NCBI GenBank assembly: GCA_009602735.1
Contig: WELA01003449.1
Span: 273,597 to 301,487 of the forward strand
From: Mesotaenium endlicherianum
Lineage: Eukaryota
Direction of reading: 5' to 3'
Length of the DNA stretch: 27,891 nt
The position numbers were made by a program, and so were the translations under genes. The notes beneath the pieces are model-generated. The model searched no databases and was not told the DNA's origin. It saw nothing but the letters and a program-made list of their open reading frames with translations. Every line of letters begins with the position of its first letter. Within the stretch, counting starts at the first letter, position 1. Below are positions 21,487 to 27,891 of this stretch, one piece after another.

Positions 21487-23206
21487 ATGGCGTCCCGTCA
21501 GCTCTTTGTTCGTGACTTGAGTGGCAGAACTTTGTGTCTGCAGCATGACAGCGATGTCTTAGTAGGCTCAGAGTTGAGGGCTCGACTTTCTGAAATCTGT
21601 GGCATACCTGCTGATGTACAGCATCTCGTCACAGGCACGAGACTGATTAATGATGAAACCCTACTATCCGCCGAGCATGGTGTCTTTCCAACTTGCACCC
21701 TGTTGTTGAAGCTAGTGGGCGGGAAGGGAGGCTTTGGATCCTTACTGAGGGGTGCCGCCACTAAGGCAGGTCAAAAAAAGACGGACAATTTTGATGCGTG
21801 TCGGGACATGAGTGGGAGGAGGCTTCGTCATGTTAACGCAGAGAAGCAACTTAAGGAATGGAGGAAAGATGCAGCACAAAGGCAGCTAGAGAGGAAGGGG
21901 GAGGAATATATCAAGAAGTTAGCGAAAGAGCAGAAGGAGGACGATTTTGCCAAGCTAGAGCTTGCGAGGTTGAGAGAGGTGTCTGCCGACGCTATGGAGC
22001 GTGTATCGTCTTCTGTGGAGGAAGGGATACTGGAAGCAAAGAGGCAGCTGGTGGCGCTTGGCAAGAGAAAACAAGTTGAAGAAGAGAATGCTTCAGATAA
22101 ACGTAGCAAGCTCCTGTGAGTGTTTCCGCTTGTGCAAGTGTCATGTGAAATATAGAGTGTCATGTAAGACGTAGCGTTGACTTCTTTCTATTATTCTGTG
22201 TGGCTTTGCTTGGAATTGCACTCTCTCAGGAAGAGGGGTTATACTTGCTGGCACATCACGTGACCCATATGCCTGTTGGAACTTCCAATTGATACCCTTA
22301 CTGCATATACTCCAGAATGAAGGAGTAAGTTCGGTCTCGAGACTTTTGTGTTGTAACTTTTTGTTGATAGGTTGTGGTGGGCATATGTCCTCTTTACTAC
22401 TCACATATACATTGCCATCGACCCTAGTTGTTGGGTGGGTGTCTTCATGCCTCAATGGCCACATCCTGCTTCTATGTGCTTGCAAGTGCTTGAAATTTAT
22501 GCAACTCATTTCCGTACACCACAATTTGAATGATGGCAGGGCCATGTTGGAAGGAAGTTATGAGGATGATGAGGAGGAGGAGGGTGACGAAGAGGATGAG
22601 AGCCCTGGCGTCTCTGGAGTTGTAGATGCAGGGGAGGAGCCTTCGCTGTCTGGGGAACGAACATGCAGCGGCAGCGATAAGAATGATGGGGCCACCCGCA
22701 GCAGCAGCGAGGAGGAGCTGGCAGGGGAGAGGCAGGAGGAGCTTCCAGTCTCTGGCTCCCCGGAGGTTGGGTCTATTGGATTTGGCGGCTCCGACCTGGG
22801 AGCACCCAGTGGCACCCCCAAAGAATCGCATGCTGGAGAGGTCTGCAGTGCGGAGGCCGGGGAGGAGCCAAAGGGCCCCTCCTCTAGGGGTGCAGAGGTG
22901 AAGAAGCTGGTTGCAGGCATGGTTGCAGGCACGGGCTCAGGCGCGGGCTCAGGATCAGGTGCAGGCTCCAGTGCAGGTTTGGAGAGCGGGCCTTTGGATC
23001 TGAGTGTGGTTGAGAGCGCAGCGGAGTTAGAGGCCCTGGGACTTGAGAGGCTGAAGGTCGAGCTGCAGGCACATGGGCTCAAGTGCGGGGGCTCTCTCAC
23101 GGAACGTGCGTCCCGCCTCTTCCTCGTGAAGCACACCCCCTTGGGCCAGCTGGACGCCAAGCACTTTGCCAAAGGGGCTGGTCCTGTGTCAAAGAAGAAG
23201 AAGTGA
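21487..23206 (+). CDS. SDE2: SDE2 (ubiquitin-fold-activated splicing and replication-stress factor), 2 exons, 431 aa
   Basis: Exons 21487-22115 (donor CT|gtgagt) and 22540-23206 (acceptor ggcag|G), phase 2 match. N-terminal UBL ending LKLVGG, then [10 protein letters not shown] and [20 protein letters not shown] (Sde2 signature); C-terminal SAP-like [32 protein letters not shown]. Confidence 0.96.
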
Positions 23207-24467
23207 AGGGCTGTGTGGAGTGGGCCTGAGCGCATAGTGGGCTGCACATTGTGGGTGGCTTTTCTTGTTACACACCCCACACAAATTGGGTGTGTGTATG
23301 TTGCATGAGGGGAGCCAGAGAAAGCAAGAGAAGGGAGTAGTGGACCCCCTGATGATGCTGGTGGTGGTAGGTGGAGTTAGCCTGTGTTGGTTGCGAAGAG
23401 GAATGAGCACACGAGTAACATCCTAGTACAGTTCGTACACCGTACATGTATAATAGTAAGTCTTGAATGGCAGAGATCTTCTTCTACTAGGAAATATTAG
23501 CATAGGCAGGAATTGCGAGGTGCTAGGGTTGTATTTTATTTTGTTGGCTGTTTGAGTTTGAAGTTGCAGCTTGGAATGTACAAATGAAACACTTGCTTAT
23601 AATGCCCAAATACTGTTTGATACAAGAGCAGTTGCGTCCGCGGCAGGGCATAGCAGCTTATAATGGCATCTTTTCTTTTGGCTTGAAGATTTCTTAATTT
23701 TCTCGAAGAAGTTGCAGCACCAGGGGCAGCAGATTAATTATGAAGATAGTTGCATGCAGGCCAGTGTCCATTGCTAGTACCTTGCATAAGCAATTACTAC
23801 ATCCAATCCCTACATCAAATCATTGCTTGCGTTGAACGAAGTTCATTGAAATCTTGAGATCGGACCACTTCATTTGCGACCAATGTGCTGGATAATGTCG
23901 TTTTCTTGTAATTAAATCAGAACATTCAAAGTACTTCAACAATAAATGCCAAGAGCAGCATGAGGCGGGGGTACGTGCGGGTGAAGGATCAAATTCTGGA
24001 GCACATTTGATCAGGTTCATTCAGCGCGTGTTTGCATATATGCAAGGTATTAGCGCTCCTATTCTGTTTTTACTTTAGGTTAACCAAGCATGTCTCATTC
24101 ATGCATATGGTTTCTAGCATGTTGACAACTCCACGTGGCGCACTCTTTGTGTTTTGCTGGGACATGGGCTAGGGTTGAACAACAAGAGTGAGGTCTAATA
24201 TATTGCAATAAAGATCCACAAGCTTTGACCCGCATATCAAGCCAGATATATTTTGCTTTTTGACACGCATTTCTCTTAGAGTATATCAAGCATAGCATTT
24301 TGAGAAGCCTGAATGGCTGGCTCGTAAGACAGCATCCAGCCCTCCCCTTAGTTGCACACGTGGGTAGATCTCCTTATGTAGTAACATGAACGCACGATAC
24401 TTGCGTCCCCATGCCCACTCCATCGTCCGTCGCCGGCTGCACGCTACGGCTGCCCTCGGCGCGCGCG

Positions 24468-27467
24468 TCACAGAAGCTCTCTGATCAGAACGGGCCGCCG
24501 CACGGCGTTTGTGAACCCCTGCACATGCGAGAATGAGGGAGCGCAACAACTCCGCTGGTGAGCGTGGGAGCGTGTGGGCGCGTGAGCGTGTGAGCGTGAA
24601 TTCGAGGGTCGACCCACACGTTGCTCGATCTACTAGCAATGAAAATCGTATGGCAGCTGTTGCATGGAAGCTCTCTCGGGTCACACAGCATGGGTGCTCA
24701 GGGTAGCAGGCAAGCATTGCGCGGGGCTCTGCATGCCCCCATGAGCAGCTAGCTATACGTTTGAGCATACAGCTGGACCCACGCAGTTGGATGCCATTAC
24801 TTGGTGCATATGTGTATACGTCCTACGTACGCACACGTGCCTAGAATTATATACACGAGCAAATGCACATGCAACCTCTCATGTGAAGATGTGCAGTGGG
24901 CATCTTTGTACATATATAGATACCGTCTGAGTTGATGTGTTCATGTTTTACTGTCACATACAGATAACTGACAGCCATTGGGCCTTGAGCTCCCAGAGGG
25001 ATTGGGTGGAGCGGCACAGCAGAGCAGAATGGCAGCCAAGCCAGCAAATTCCAGTGTTAATCTAGGGTTGGGGGGGGTTGAGGGTCAGGAGAATCAAGCC
25101 TCAAGGTAAGTAGGGGGGGAATCTGAGGCACCTCGTGGAATTTGTAGAGGATTGGGAGCGCGTCGCGGTCGGCCGTGCGCTTCTCCACCTGCATGCGCGC
25201 GTCCTCCTCGTTCTTCTTCTGATTCTCCTTCTTGAACCTGCTCACCCGTCACCAGCAGGAGTTCACAAGCTCATGCACGCACCCACCACCGGCCCGCGCG
25301 CGTGTGCAGAAAGACACACACACACACACAGACATACACACACACACAGACATACACACACACACACACACACACACATACACACACACACGCTCGCACG
25401 CACACACACACACACACACACAGATACAGACATTTCCATACACATACATACGCACACAGAGACACACTTTCGCGCACACACACACACACGCACACACACA
25501 CGCGCGCACACACGCATGCTCGCAGGGTCTTTCGGCAGCCATGCAGGACAATGGCAGGGGCGCTGGGGGTCACGCACGCACTCGCGAGTTTGCGTCTGCC
25601 CGTGTGCCGCAGTGTGTCCACATAGGGAGTATAGGGCTGGGCTGAAAGCGTGTACACGCGCGTCAGAGTTGACCAAAAGAATAAGTACATGCGAACAAAA
25701 GTCTGGCATAAAACCTTTGAGGCGCCGAGCCTGCCATTCTTCTCCCATGAGCTGCGTGAAGCATGCACCAGAGCAGACGAGAGGGGGAGTTGGTAGCTGG
25801 GGGCAAGGTGAAGAAGGGGTTGTGCCTAACGAGGTGGGGGGCTTAGAAGTAGGTGTTACATTTTGTCTTTGGGGAGGGTGCGGCGTGGGGCGTGAGCGTG
25901 GGGCATGGNCAGGAAGCTCCTCACGGGCAAAGAGCCTGCGGGAGCTTCTCAGCGACGAAATGCTCGCGACATAAGAAACATCTCGAAGAGGAAAGCAGGG
26001 GACTTGTGCCGGGCAGACGGAAAGAGCAAGAGGTGCAAGAGAGACGAGCTCCAGCCTGCCACTGCGTTTGGCAGTGCATTGCGCTCACAGCTCAAGGTTT
26101 TGAGCACTTCTGTTGCCGTAGCTCTCACTGCAGCAATCGCCTCCGGCGGCATGGCCTCCGCCGAAAGCTACAGCGCTAAAACCTTGCAAGGCCTGCCAGA
26201 TCAGGGCCTGCTGAACGAGGGGCGCGTTGAGCTAGTGCAGAGCCAATCACAGGTCTCTGTGGAGCGTATCTTCGCCCAGCAGCTGGCTCGTAGGTGTGTC
26301 ACCCTCTCTTTTCTGTCTCTCCCCCCTCTCCTTTTGCTCCGTTGGCTAGTCTACCTCCTGCTGGCCAGGTCAGCTAGGTCTCGTCAGCGAGGCAAGGCCT
26401 GTGACAGCAAAATGCGCTTGTCCAAAGCCCTGGGGCTCTGGCCAGGTGTGTTTCTTATTCATGCATGCACCGTGTGTAGCACGGGAGGGAAGTGCTCTTG
26501 CTTCGTCCTGGCGCCGCGTCGCTGCCTGCAGTGTAGGATTGCTGCAGCAATATTGTCACTGAGCAAGCACTGAGCAAGTAGTTGCAACAGAAGCACAGGA
26601 AAGGTGCCATAGCGGCACCTTGCCAGAGGTACGGATGCCAGCTGGACCAAACGCAGGGACTCTGCTCTCTGGCGCGCCTCCAGCTGGCGCGTGCGCGCTC
26701 GTTTCAGGGGTTAATGTGACAATTTTGTCTATTGGGATGACTTTCTTTTTTCATGGGGGGGGGAGAGGGGGGGGGGGGCAGAAGAGAGGACCTGTTGAAG
26801 AAGTTGACTGCTTCCTTGGGCTTGCTCTTGAGCTCTCTGGGAGTCAGCGTCGTTACGACAGGTGTCGGGCAGGCAGGACCTCGTCCGTCTTGGCCGGTGC
26901 TGGCCGCCACGTGCTCGCCGGCGGCTGCTGACGTGCCTGCGCCTGGCAGGGGGGCACCATCACATTCTCCACTCGTCTGTATTTCTTTATTTCCTTCCAG
27001 GGGAAGACTTTGGGTATCGTCTTAGTGTCTTGTGAAAGATCACTCGGGCACCATAGGTTTACACCATAAAGTGCTTAAATGACGACATTTGGCTGCCTCC
27101 CACTCCAGCTCCCTCTCTGTGTGCGTGCGTGCCTGCCTGCCTGCGTCTTCTTGTGTACTTGTTTGCCCACAAGTACTGTGTACAAGTTTGTATGAGAGAA
27201 AGAGAGAGAATGCAGAAAGGCGACGAGGAACAAGCACGAGCAACCGGCCCGCAGCTGCTAGCCCAAAGTGCTCAACCTCGTGCAGGGCTCACCTGAGGCA
27301 GGCGGGATGCTGCTGGGTGCCACCGGGCCGATTCTTGCGTTCGGCTTCTCAGACAGGCCTCCAGCTAGCATTTCGTGGCAGCCGTTGCGCGACGCGTGCC
27401 TGATAGCTGTCAGCTCCTCCCGCTCCTTGCGCTCGGCCTCCACTCGCCTGATGCACTCGACCTCCAC
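24468..27467 (-). CDS. CTF18: CTF18 (chromosome transmission fidelity 18, alternative RFC large subunit), last four exons; the 5' part lies beyond the window
   Basis: Phase-consistent exons 27293-27467, 26792-26942, 25132-25237, 24468-24518 give VEVECIRR...AVNFFNRFKKENQ...[33 protein letters not shown], the conserved plant-type CTF18 C-terminus (Ctf8/Dcc1-binding F.EGF.NAV.RP). Confidence 0.92.
25313..25516. repeat. (CA)n microsatellite in a CTF18 intron
   Basis: Seen directly in the sequence. Confidence 0.95.
25910..26293 (+). CDS. Putative exon fragment of a plastid thylakoid-lumen-targeted precursor (basic stretch, hydrophobic core, AxA site), inside a CTF18 intron
   Basis: Open frame beginning at the N at 25909; R/K/S-rich segment, then [24 protein letters not shown]; candidate donor AG|gtgtgt at 26294. 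No family recognised. Confidence 0.35.
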
Positions 27468-27660
27468 CTGGCGATGCATCCAGCCAACAAGAGCCGCACA
27501 CCTGGCAGGATGAGGCCAGGGCCTCTTGGAACAAGACAGGCGGCAGCAGCCTGTCATCAGGTAGGTAGGTCCTCAACACGCGCTGACTCTTGACATGTCT
27601 GACTGGGCCCTGTCGCGCATGATGCCAAGAGAGCTAGAGCGTAGGTGAGGTGCCCATAAG

Positions 27661-27735
27661 CTCTAACCCTAACCCTAACCTAACCCTAAACCTGGACCTT
27701 GGAACCAAGTCCCGAACCTTAAATCCTAAATACCC
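27661..27735 (+). repeat. Interstitial telomere-like tract (CCCTAA)n/(CCCTAAA)
   Basis: ctctaaccctaaccctaacctaaccctaaacct...ccttaaatcctaaa. Confidence 0.75.
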
Positions 27736-27852
27736 CATATAAGGACGCTGCAACAATAGGATGTCGGCTGACAAGAGGCGAGTGCTCCTCTCCTCTTGTG
27801 CGCTGCAGGAAGTAACATTCATACATGCATATATATATTTCTACATGAATAA

Positions 27853-27857
<5 letters not shown>

Positions 27858-27891
<34 letters not shown>
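27858..27891. repeat. (TA)n microsatellite at the window end
   Basis: Seen directly in the sequence. Confidence 0.95.

Noticed and set aside
25135..25974. His/Thr-rich and Cys/Val-rich ORFs
   Set aside because: Translations of an intronic (CA)n microsatellite.
26782..26861. Plus-strand exon-like TM segment ([26 protein letters not shown]) that could continue the lumen-precursor ORF
   Set aside because: It is the antisense of the CTF18 exon encoding the conserved NFFNR motif.

Overview
Eukaryotic genomic DNA from a gapped short-read assembly. It has GC-rich exons, microsatellite-rich introns of about 350-750 nt, telomere-like CCCTAA/CCCTAAA tracts and plant-type proteins, so a green plant or streptophyte alga is likely (inference). 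Three conserved loci were rebuilt by hand from splice sites and reading phase. (1) A minus-strand MOV10/SDE3-family SF1 RNA helicase (5951-15763) carrying two tandem copies of a MOV10-N-like domain and two matrin/U1-type C2H2 zinc fingers. An upstream five-exon unit encoding a divergent Acinus-type RRM and a polyQ tract (16508-20807) can splice into it in phase, suggesting one ~2,100-aa RRM-polyQ-2xMOV10N-2xZnF-helicase fusion protein. (2) A two-exon SDE2 gene (21487-23206, +), head-to-head with that unit. (3) The last four exons of CTF18 (24468-27467, -). Two single-N junctions sit beside foreign plus-strand coding fragments: an ABCA transporter exon where the helicase Walker A should be, and a thylakoid-lumen-precursor-like ORF. 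Both are probably assembly chimeras. The left ~5.9 kb has no gene I can identify. All family assignments rest on motif recognition from memory, not database searches.
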